DNA of 64,000 bases, from assembly GCF_006345805.1 (NCBI RefSeq), contig NC_043011.1, forward strand, positions 52,278,464 through 52,342,463. Reading direction: 5' to 3'. Under the pieces are notes generated by a model. The model made no database searches. It worked only from the letters and a program-made list of their open reading frames with translations, and was not told the origin of the DNA. The position numbers and the translations under genes were made by a program. Shown in pieces: positions 27,132 through 37,800 of this stretch; position 1 is the stretch's first letter, and every line of letters begins with the position of its first letter. This stretch comes from Octopus sinensis. Taxonomy: Eukaryota.

Positions 27132-27685
27132 GAGTGAGAGAGCAGTTCATGCCATCAAAGTGACACTGGGGTAAAATATACGAAGCCCAATATACCCATC
27201 ATGACTACCCGTCTGATAAAGGTACACCAGGCACATGCATCACAACCATATGTGCGCGACATGGTGATCTCATATCAAGATAAACAGCACATGACCTTGC
27301 AGGTGGGGCCCAGTTAGAATTTTCTTCAGGTTGAGTAGCCCATCCCGCTCAAACGGTCCCTGAATAAGGGTTGTTTAAGGATGTTGAAAGAACCACCCAT
27401 GTTTCCAGAGGTGAACTATTCAAACCCCAAAGAATCCCTCTCAACACATGGTTATGATGCTCCCCCACTACTTCTGCTCGTGATCAGAGATGCACATATC
27501 GTCAGCCACTAAGGGACATGCTCAACTGGTTAAGGTCAAACAACTGACAAGCAAATCTGTGGTATTGAGCAGAATATTTGCTGTAGCCCATCTTTTATAC
27601 CAAGACAAAACAATGTACATGATAACACTTCCAATCAGTTAAGATCAGAAGCCATGAGAGCCACTGCCTGGTACTGCATCAGGGC

Positions 27686-27688
<3 letters not shown>
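27132..27688 (-). mobile_element. Non-autonomous element of about 550 bp embedded in (TAA)n
   Basis: (ATT)n | GAGTGAGAGAGCAG ... GTACTGCATCAGGGCATT | (ATT)n; adjacent second copy 27744-28575, other copies 815-1292 and about 32430-32560. Confidence 0.8.
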
Positions 27689-27743
<55 letters not shown>

Positions 27744-27868
27744 GAGTGAGAGAGCAGTGTATTCCATCAAAGTGGCACTGGGGTAAAATATACAAGCTCA
27801 GTATACCCATCATGACTACCCATGCATCACAACCATATGTGCCCGCCATGGTGATTTCTTATCAAGAT

Positions 27869-28032
27869 AGGCATAGGAGTGGCTGTGTGGTAAGTAACTT
27901 GCTTACAAACCACGTGGTTCTGAGTTCAGTCCCACTGTGTAGCACCTTGGGCAAGTGTCTTCTACAATATCCTGGGGCCAACCAAAGCCTTGTGAGTGGA
28001 TTTGGTAGATGGAAACTGAAAGAAGCCTGTTT

Positions 28033-28063
<31 letters not shown>

Positions 28064-28290
28064 GTGTATATGTTTGTGTGTCTATGTTTGTCCCCCCCAA
28101 CATCGCTTGACAACCGATGCTGGTGTGTTTACATCCCTCGCAACTTAGTGGTTCAGCAAAAGAGACCAATAGAATAAGAACTAGGCTTACAAAGAATAAG
28201 TCCTGGGGTTGATTTGCTCGATTAAAGGTGGTGCTCCAGCATGGTCACAGTCAAATGACTGAAACAAGTAAAAGAGTAAAGAGAGTAGAA
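27869..28290 (+). mobile_element. SINE family B (tRNA-derived head GGAGTGGCTGTGTGG...GGTTC(A)GTCCC) inserted in the (TAA)n element
   Basis: A-box and B-box-like motifs, internal (TA)/(TG) tract, 3' GAAACAAGTAAAAGAGTAAA; the host element is split between TCAAGATA and AACAG. Confidence 0.88.
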
Positions 28291-28625
28291 ACAGTGTATG
28301 ACTTTGCAGGTGGGGCCCAATTAGAATTTCTTCAGATCAAGCAGCCCATCCTGCTCAAAAGGTCCCAGAATAAGGGTTGCTTAAGGATGTTGAACGAAAC
28401 ACCCATGTTTCCAGCAGTGAATTATTCAAATCCCAAAGAATTCCTCTCAATACACGGCTATGATTTTCCCCCACTGCTCATGATCAAAGACGCTCATATT
28501 GTCAGCCACAGGGACATGCTTGACTGGTTAAGATCAAGTAACTGTCAAGAAAATCTATGGTATTGAGCAGAATATTTCATCATCATCATCGTTATTATTA
28601 TATATGATTAGTAAAATATTATATA

Positions 28626-29072
28626 TGTAGTGACGCCTGGTTCCAGATGCCATTTTGGGATTTTCATCCAAGCATGCACAGGGATTAGAGTCTTCCAGAA
28701 GGTCTGCCAGAAGCCCCTTATGCGCATGCGCAGTCATCAGCAGCAGCTAGGCTTGACCGCTATTCTCTCTCTTCGCTCTGCTGCCAACCGAGCCAGACGC
28801 AATGAGACCAGCTTCGTGTGGCTGGAGTTCTGAAGGCGATCCATGACTTCGGCGAATCTGTGAAGAATGCCTTCACAATTGTGATTAAACCGACTCTGCT
28901 GCTTCCACTCCCCCGGCGTCCAGGTTACCAATGTCCAGAGATGAAATCCTTATTTCGGCGAAATAAATTATTATTGTTATTTGATCGGAGATTTTTGTTC
29001 CCGCTGTTTTCCTTTCCACGACTATGTAAGGAATTGTGAGGCACCCACCTAGTGCCAACCTCACTTCCTACA
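28626..29072. mobile_element. Solo LTR candidate (447 bp)
   Basis: Termini TGTAG...CTACA, locally GC/CpG-rich, AATAAA near 28961; flanks ATATA/TAATA are only a partial TSD match. Confidence 0.55.
28721..28732. promoter_or_regulatory. Perfect NRF1/Ewg-type palindrome TGCGCATGCGCA
   Basis: Exact 12-bp motif in the sequence; function not shown. Confidence 0.45.
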
Positions 29073-30568
29073 TAATATTTTGCTTGATATTGAGCTCAAG
29101 GTTAGCCATGGTGCAATAGACCTGTGATCAAAAGTTTTCCAGCTATGACCATTCTATGCATCTATTCTCAAACATTACATATTTAAGTGACTAACTACAT
29201 TAACCAATGTACGTTTCCAATAAGATAGTAAATAGGGTGTGATTTGAAAGAGATTTAATTTCTATTTCTAGCAAATCGAGTGTTTGTTGAACTTATGCTC
29301 ATGCCAACCAACTTTAAAATCTTATGTTGTTCTCTTTGTAATAAAATTTTGGAGATTTTAAGTTAAATATAAAGACTTTAGTATAGATGGCCTCATGTGG
29401 ATTGGGATTAAAAGTGTTAGGCCTTTTATTTATTTATTTATTTATTCATTTATTTATTCTTCCTCATTTACTTAATGGCCTGCCTAATCCATTTCCCTTT
29501 AAACTTGGCTTCAATGGTTAAATTTCCTTTTACAAAGTTCTCACTATCAGTTATTAAAACTGAAATTAATAAAAAGTCCCTTTCCCTCCCTCTCCCTCCT
29601 CTTTCTCTCTCCTCCTTCTCTCTTCCTCTCTCTCTCTCTCTGTATTCAAGACACTAAACAAACAAAACTGATTCCTGTGTCTTTATTGAAAACATGTTTA
29701 ACACGTGAAGTGATATTAGAAGACAAGTAAAATTGAATAAAACAACACCGATTCAGCTCTTTGATTGGTTGTTTGACTACAAATAGATCACCATTACCAC
29801 TACCACCATCGTCATTGCCATAATCATTGTTGTTCTCGTCATCTTCTGCATCATCATCATCATCCTTGTAATTTCCTTCTGCTGTGTCAATGAGTGCAAC
29901 AGTCTAAATGTCTTCCTGTATGATTGTTGTGGTGGTCATGGCGATGATGGATGTGTGAGTAATTAACAGTCACTTAACCCCAGATCACCATTCTTGTTTC
30001 CTTGATTGAGCAGCTCTAGGAACAGAGATGTTCTAGCTATGACCGTCCACCTTTGTTTACATCATAGACTATATTCTCCAATCTGTCCTTCCCAATTTTA
30101 AGATGATAGAATATGAATTGAGGGAGATTTGGCTGCTACATCTAGCAGATCAAGTGACCACATACAGGCTCCCTCATAGGTTCATACTGGTAGTAGTAGT
30201 TGTGGTGGTGGTAATGCTGGTGGTAGCAATGGTGGTGATGGTAGCAGTAACAGTAGTTGTAATGACCTGGTAAAAGACATCTTCAGTGATTAAAGACGAA
30301 AGTTTATCAGAGATACCTACATCCTTTTATACCTAGGTAGACTTTGCCTTCTGTTCTCTCGGGGTTGATGAAATAAATTCTTGGTAGAATACTGGGTTTG
30401 ATATCATCACTTAACGTCCACTTTTCTATGCTTGCATGGATCATATAGAATTTGTTGGGGCAGATTTTTCTACAGGTGCCCTTCCTGTCACCAACCATCA
30501 CCTGTTTCCAAGCAAGGTATTATTTCATCATAATTAGACATATTCTTCACAGAAGACTAAAAACAAAC

Positions 30569-30851
30569 TGTGGTGTATGCGGGAGATTTGAAATAAGGAC
30601 ACCTACCTTCCCTTCGTCGACGCAGACCTCACCAGCGGTAACGCACCCTTCCACATGGCCCGACCCAAATGCTAAAAGTAGCAGCTGCTTTTCCCCTACC
30701 TTGACAAAGCACTCACATGTCCAGCTCTGTCGGCTACCCTGATCAAAAAGGCCCAATGCTCCTCTGCCTGCGCGTGCGTCACTCCTGCCCCTTCCTCTTC
30801 TGGTCAGCCCCAAGTTCCGGTCAGCTCCTCAGCTGCTGACGTCATCCCACA
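30569..30851. mobile_element. Solo LTR candidate (283 bp)
   Basis: Termini TGTGG...CCACA, 5-bp flanks CAAAC/CGAAC (4 of 5 match), GC-rich body, TGACGTCA at 30837-30844. Confidence 0.65.
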
Positions 30852-31064
30852 CGAACAACTTTACTTTTATGACAGAGATGCTTATTTACAACTACCACAT
30901 GATGTTTAGACAAGAGTACACATAAACACTTCCCACATGGTTGGGAAGCAAGCTTCTTAGCTAAATGACCATGCCTATACGTATATTCAGCCAAAATCTT
31001 AAAGGCAGTACTCCAGCATGACCGTCATCCAGTAACTGAAAGTAGTGAAAGAATGATCATCATC

Positions 31065-31435
31065 ATCCAACGTCCGCTTTCCATGCTGGCATGGGTTGGA
31101 CGGTTCAACTGGGGTCTGGGAAGCCAGAAGGCTGCACCAGGCCCAGTCTGATCTGGCAGTGTTTCTACAGCTGGATGCCCTTCCTAACGCCAACCACTCC
31201 GTGAGTGTAGTGGGTGCTTTTTACGTGCCACCAGCACATGTGCCAGACGAGGCTGGCAGACGGCCATGATCGGATGGTGCTTTTTACGTGCCACCGGCAT
31301 GGGGACCAGACGAAGCTGGCAACGGCCACAGTCGGATGGTGCTTTTTACGTGCCACCGGCACAGAGGCCAGTCGGGTGGCGCTGGCTACGGCCACGTTCA
31401 GATAGTTCTCTTACGTGCCACCGGCACTGGTATCA
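31065..31435 (-). mobile_element. SINE family C ((GAT)n tail, internal GTGCTTTTTACGTGCCAC tandem units)
   Basis: Body GGTTGGCGTTAGGAAGGGCATCCAGCTGTAGAAA...CCAACCCATGCTAGCATGGAAA; other copies near 13858-14030, 18925-19120, 19390-19535, 25345-25560, 35870-36120, 36965-37760, 41545-41858, 44330-44580, 56010-56450, 58730-59080, 61775-62092, 62300-62470. Confidence 0.85.
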
Positions 31436-31824
31436 CAGCTACAAATTCCATTGATGTTGATAGATTACGATTTTGATTTTGATAATAACAAAGTTTTGGG
31501 TTATTCACCCTTTTGTGACAATTTTCCCCTTGAAATACATTGTTTTTATTTTGATTAATTTTGAAAATATTGAAGAATTCAATAAAATAATTTGGCTGTT
31601 ATTAAAATGGTGTTTCAGACATAGAATTATAAGAAATTTTAATTGAAAGTGTTAATTTAAATCACTTTTGAACAGCAAGTTTGTATCATAGAACCAGGGA
31701 TGGTCTCAGGTTGGTTAGTATCAAAAGAATTAAAGATGTGTTGTTGAGCTTGACTTTAGCTTCCCATCTGTCGAATTATCTAACCCATGCCAGCATGGAA
31801 CACAGACATTAAATGATGATGATA

Positions 31825-31859
<35 letters not shown>

Positions 31860-32291
31860 ATACATACATGTATATGTGTGCCTGTGTTTATATGTGTATA
31901 TGTATGAGAGGGTGAGAGGGATGACCATGGGATTGCACCTAAAAAGTTACCCTCCAAGGCACAAATCTGAGCAAGGTTGTTTATGGAAGACCAGCAGTCG
32001 CCCATAGATACCAGCCTCTCCTCTCCATGCCACCGATGTTATCCTAGGGAAAGGGAAAGGCTGCTACAGCTTGGCACCAGTGACATCACAACTTATTTCT
32101 ACAGCTGAGTGAACTGGAGCAACATGAAATAAAGTGTCTTGCTCAAGAACACAACACTCAGCCCTGTCTGGGAATCGAACTCATAACTTCACGATCATAA
32201 GCTTGATGCTCTGACCACTGAGCCATGCACCTTTACTATATGTATATATTTATTTATATTCTATATAAATATATTATTTCTTCTTTTGCAG

Positions 32292-32389
32292 GTACATGTT
32301 TTTCTTACAAATAAAGAGTGATATACTTTCTGGGAAACTCCTGTGTTCATTTGAGACTACGGTTGAACTGGCTGCTTTGGCTCTTCAAT
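32292..32389 (+). CDS. EPB41L5: FERM-M exon (98 bp)
   Basis: ttttgcag|GTACATG...CTTCAAT|gtaagt; encodes (R)[32 protein letters not shown]. Confidence 0.93.
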
Positions 32390-34779
32390 GTAAGTTGTGA
32401 TTTTTATTAACATTATTTTTATTATCATCAGCCACTAAAAGACATGCTCAACCGGTTATGGTCAAGCAAATCTGCTTGTAGCCATCTTTTACACCAGGAC
32501 AAAATATGTACATGTTAGGATCAGAATCCATGAAAGCCACTGCCCGGTACTGCATCAGGGCATATAGGATTATTGTTATTATTATTATTATTATTATAAA
32601 GGTTGCATGGTGGACCAAGAAGCCTTCACTGAAGGCAGCGAGTTGGCAGAAACGTTAGCACCCCGGGTGAAATGCTTAGCGGTATTTCATCTCCTGTTAC
32701 ATTCTGAGTTCAAATTCCGCCGAGGTCGACTTAGCCTTTCATCCTTTCGGGGTCAGTTAAATAAGAACCAGTTACACACTGGGGTTGATATAATCGACTT
32801 AATCTGTTTTTCTGTCCTTGTTTGTCCCCTCTATGTTTAGCCCCTTGTGGGCAATAAAGAAATAAGAAGCCTTCTCTGAACATTCACTTTTAGATTAGAG
32901 AAGGACAGGAGTAAAGAGGGAAGGCACTTGTATAAAAGTTACAGCAGGCAGTGTTATTGTTGTCATTTCTCCAGTCAACAAATTGTCCAGTGACTTTGTG
33001 TCTTCAAAAGTATATAGAAATAAGAGATCCCTTACTTTGAAAAACAAGTGAAGGTTTGCTTCTGGGAGGGCATCTGGCTGTAAAACAATACCTTCTGTAA
33101 CATATTCATCCAACCCATGTAAGCATGGGACAAAAAAAATCTATGTAAAATGAACAAACATATGTGTATGTGTATTTTTAATTGTGTATGCATCTATAAG
33201 CATATGTGTGTGTGAGTGTTTACATATTGACTGCAAAGGCTTATACAAATATGAGAAATATATGGGCTCCGTGTGGGCAGTCATCTAAGAGTTTTTGTTC
33301 ATCTTGATGCTGACATAAGTTCCTTGTTTTTCCTGATGAGAAGGCGGCATAATGCACCCCTTATTCTTTCGAAATTAGGAATATGCAGCCTTCAAAACAT
33401 ATGTCGAGAATAAAGGAATTTTGTTAAATCGTCGTTCAACTCCATTCTTTCATTTATTTGTATTAAAAAAACACACAAATTTCCACACAAAAGCACGTGA
33501 TCTCTGCCCTTGGCATGTAGCTTCAACCGTGTTTTTCTGACATGAATTTGCTACCCAGGTATCGGTTAACCGAATTATCCATACTAGGATAATTCATTCG
33601 ACTACTTAAATATATATATATATATATGGGGAGAGAGAGAGATAGGATTTATATATATATGGGGAGAGAGTGAGATAGGATTTTATATATATATATATAT
33701 ATACATAAACTCTAGGTTAGTTAAAATATGTTTGACATATTTTAACTTCTAAATTCAAATTCACTGCAGTTACTGTGGAAAAAATTCTCTCTTATGGTAA
33801 GAGGTGTAAAATCACCATATCTGTCCCATGCTTCCCTCTAGTAGACTCCCAGACATGCATTTCTGGCTCTTTAGCCTTCCTCAATGGGAAATACTGTTGA
33901 GAGATAACCCTGAGCAGATTCAAAGCCACAGCTATAAGTAAAAAAAAAACTTCGGTGACTGAGTTACACTAGTGGACCGCCTGGCCAGGATAAAAATAGC
34001 ATCAGCACTAAGCAGTAATTAGGAATAAACAAACTTTAGGTTAGTTAAAATATGTTTGTGGAATATTTTTAACCTTCTTCAATGCAAATTCACTGCAGTT
34101 ACCACTGAGAAAATAATTCTCTTGTATGGTAAAGTGTGAAAAAACACCATATATATATGTGTGTGTGTATGTATATATATATGCACATACATAGTTATAC
34201 CTCAACTTATGTTGGTAATTATTTCCAAGACATGCAACTTAACTCGAAAAAATGACAAGGGAAACATTTTAAAAGACGTTTATTATTTTATATCTGTTTT
34301 AATAAATGGTTTGTGCATATTTTCACATGTATTTTATTTGATTTTTCCATTTTGGTTTGACGATATTTCTCTTTATGCTTTTAAATGCTCTCACTGAGAC
34401 CAGCATTAAGTTGGATAAGTCAATTGAAGTTTTAATTTTAATTTTTCCCTTAACTTTCTGTCAAAAAAGAAAATGTTAAGTGGAAAAAGACATAACTCGA
34501 AAGGATGTTAGGTATACCTTTATATATATATATATATATGTGTATATATATACTTTATTTAAAAGCAGCAGAAATTCAACAAAACCTGTTACTCGGAGTT
34601 TCACATTACCATTTGTCAGACAGTTTTTGTTAAAAACTGTCCGACGAACAGGAACGTTAAACTCCGAGTAACAGGTTTTGTTGAATTTCTGCTGCTTTTA
34701 AATAAAGCATATTACTCTACCCCTGGTATTTCAGTACTCTTTTTTTCCACCTTGTTTCACATTTATGTGTTTACTCCGG

Positions 34780-34812
<33 letters not shown>

Positions 34813-37800
34813 GCATACATACACACTCACACACACACACACACACATGGCTGTTTGGGAATTGTTCCTCTTTTTTTTATTTTTTCCTTTTTCCTATTGA
34901 CTGTTCTGCTTCTCCAGTGACTCCCTTAGGGACTTCTGTTTTATGTGTGTCACACAAATATGTGATCCCTAAACAGTATGTTGTTGATATAATTGCTTTG
35001 ACCCTGGTGTTGTCTCTATAAACATTGCTGAACTGTTTTGTTTGTTTTATAAGGAAGGTGGTAGTTGTGTTGGTGGTGGTGATAAAGTTAATGTTATTGA
35101 TGGTAATGCCATAGTTGTTGGTAGTGATAGCATTAGTGGTGTTGATGGTTATAATATCATTGGTGGTAGTAATTCTTTCTACTATAGTTACAAGGCCCGA
35201 AATTTCAGGGGGGTTGCTAGTCAATTACATCAACCCCTGTGCTCAACAGGTACTTATTTTATTGACCCTGAAAGAATAAAAGGCAAAGTCAGCCTCAGTA
35301 GAATTTGAACTCAGAACTTTAAGACAGATGAAATATTGCTTAGCATTTTACCTGGCTTGCTAATGATTCTGCTTGCCCACTGCCTTTTTTGGTGGCCGTG
35401 ATGATATTGGTGGCGTAAATGGTGATAATGTTGTTAATGGTGATATTAGTACTTTTCATAATAATGTTCTTTGTTGTATGTGATAATGTGATAATATTAG
35501 TGGTGTTGGTAATAATACTGTTGGTGGTGGCAATAATGCTATGATAGTCATAACATTAATCTATGATAGTGAGGCATCTAGATGCCTGATGAGTTAGGCT
35601 CATTCTACAAGCCTATGAGACTTTTAAGTTGCATAGAGCTGAGTCTGACTGTTACTAAATAATATATGTAACTCTTACCAAATGTGCTGAGTGCCACATT
35701 CTTTTGTTTGTCCAATCATTCTTTGCATGTATTTATGTATATATGTAAAATCTTATTTTAGTGCACAGAACTTGAAAGTCCATTTGCATTCCCTCCTGCC
35801 AGCTGGTGTTCTGGTACTGAGAGTGATGAACTGAAATATTTGAGTACTTCTTAAAATATATATGTATGTATATGTGTTGGTGACACATAAAAAGCACCAT
35901 TTGAGCTGATGCCAGTGCCGCATGACTGGTACCTGTGCCGGTGGCACGTAAAAAGCACTCAGCGCACTCTCGGAGTGGTTGGCATTAGGAAGAGCATCAG
36001 GCTGTAGAAACATTACCAAATCAGATCAGGGCCTGATGCAGCCTCCTGGCTAACCAGTTCTCAGTCAAACCATCCAGCCCATGCCAGAATGGAAAGCAGA
36101 CATTAAACAATGATGATGATCACACACACGCACAGATGCATATGTATGTTTGTGTGTTTACCTATATATATGTATATATACACATACATATGCACGCACA
36201 CAGACACACACACACATGCATATGTATGTGTGTGTGTTTACATATATGTATATATACACATACATATGCACACGTGTGTGTGTATACATACATGCACAAA
36301 CAGATGTATATGTGTGTGTGTGTATGTATATATATGTACATATATATATAAAATCACATACAATATATATCTACATACGCATACACACAGATGGATGTAT
36401 ACACATGCACACAGCCCTTAAGCAGACCCCACCCCACCCTCCTACAACCCCACCCTCCTACAACCCCACCCAACCTTATCTACTTTCTCTGATAAACACC
36501 TCGTTGCAAGACATGGGTATGCAGACAACAAATCAACTGTAATTTACTTCTTGGGAGTCGTCGTGCCGATTCTTCTATTTGTCTCGCAGGCACCACCACA
36601 TTAGTGCCGTCACCTGTCTCCCATTTCCCCAGCCTCCCGACACTCACACCTCCACCCACCATTGCCCCTGGATGGTTTATAAAACCCTCTTGTATCTTTG
36701 TTTGTCTAAACACGCTGTACAGCTGTTAGTATCAGACATAACTTCTAGAACACTCTATATCCACCGTATAACACTGCAGCCGCCATGCAATTATTGATAA
36801 ATAAATTTGCCATTTGCTAATGTTAGTTCAAACTTCAACAGATGTACCAAATTTGTTTATGCCAGAAAGCTTTAGAAACCAAATTCTTTTTGACTTTATT
36901 TTTTGTTTTTCTTCATATCTTTTAGATATTTCGTTAACCCTTTTCATAACAACATATCTAAACCTGCAGTGCCATGTAAAAAGTGCTAGTGCTACATAAA
37001 AAAGCACTAGTACTGGTTGGTGTCATGTAAAAACAGCACTGGCGGTGGTGAAAAAGCATTGGTAATGGTACCACATAAAAAGTACTGGTGATGGTACTAC
37101 ATGAAAAAGTACTGGTGATGGTACTACATGAAAAAGTACTGGTGATGGTACTACATGAAAAAGTACTGGTGAGGTACTACATGAAAAAGTACTGGTGATG
37201 GTACTACATGAAAAAGTACTGGTGATGGTACTACATGAAAAAGTATGGTGATGGTACTACATGAAAAAGTACTGGTGATGGTACTACATGAAAAAGTACT
37301 GGTGATGGTACTACATGAAAAAGTACTGGTGATGGTACTACATGAAAAAGTACTGGTGATGGTACTACATGAAAAAGTACTGGTGATGGTACTACATGAA
37401 AAAGTACTGGTGATGGTACTACATGAAAAAGTACTGGTGATGGTACTACATGAAAAAGTACTGGTGATGGTACTACATGAAAAAGTACTGGTGATGGTAC
37501 TACATGAAAAGTACTGGTGATGGTACTACATGAAAAGTACTGGTGATGGTACTACATGAAAAAGTACTGGTGATGGTGTGCCATGTAAAAAACACCCTGT
37601 ACACTTTGTAAAGTGGTTGGCACTAGGAAGGGCATCCAGCTGTAGAAACCAAGCCAAAATGGACTAAGTAACCCGGTGTGGCCTCTGGCCATACCAGCTC
37701 CTATCAAGCCATCCAACCTGTGCCAGTATGGAAAACGGACATTAAATGATGATGAGGATGATACCTGAGATCACCTATCTCTGATTTTACAATAGAAAAT

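Noticed and set aside
33330-33385. CTGATGAG...CGAAA hammerhead-like core
   Set aside because: No consistent stem I or stem III pairing around a UH cleavage site could be drawn.
35572-35625. Palindrome AGGCATCTAGATGCCT plus CTGATGAG and a TAGGCT/AGCCTA stem
   Set aside because: GAGAC replaces GAAAC and the would-be cleavage position is G; single copy, so no covariation support.
37245-37520. ORF of repeated VMVLHEKVL
   Set aside because: A 27-bp minisatellite with no stop in one frame; no splice signals or protein-family similarity.
37082-37578. Regular short repeats resembling a CRISPR array
   Set aside because: The units are head to tail with no unique spacers, and the context is a eukaryotic intron.
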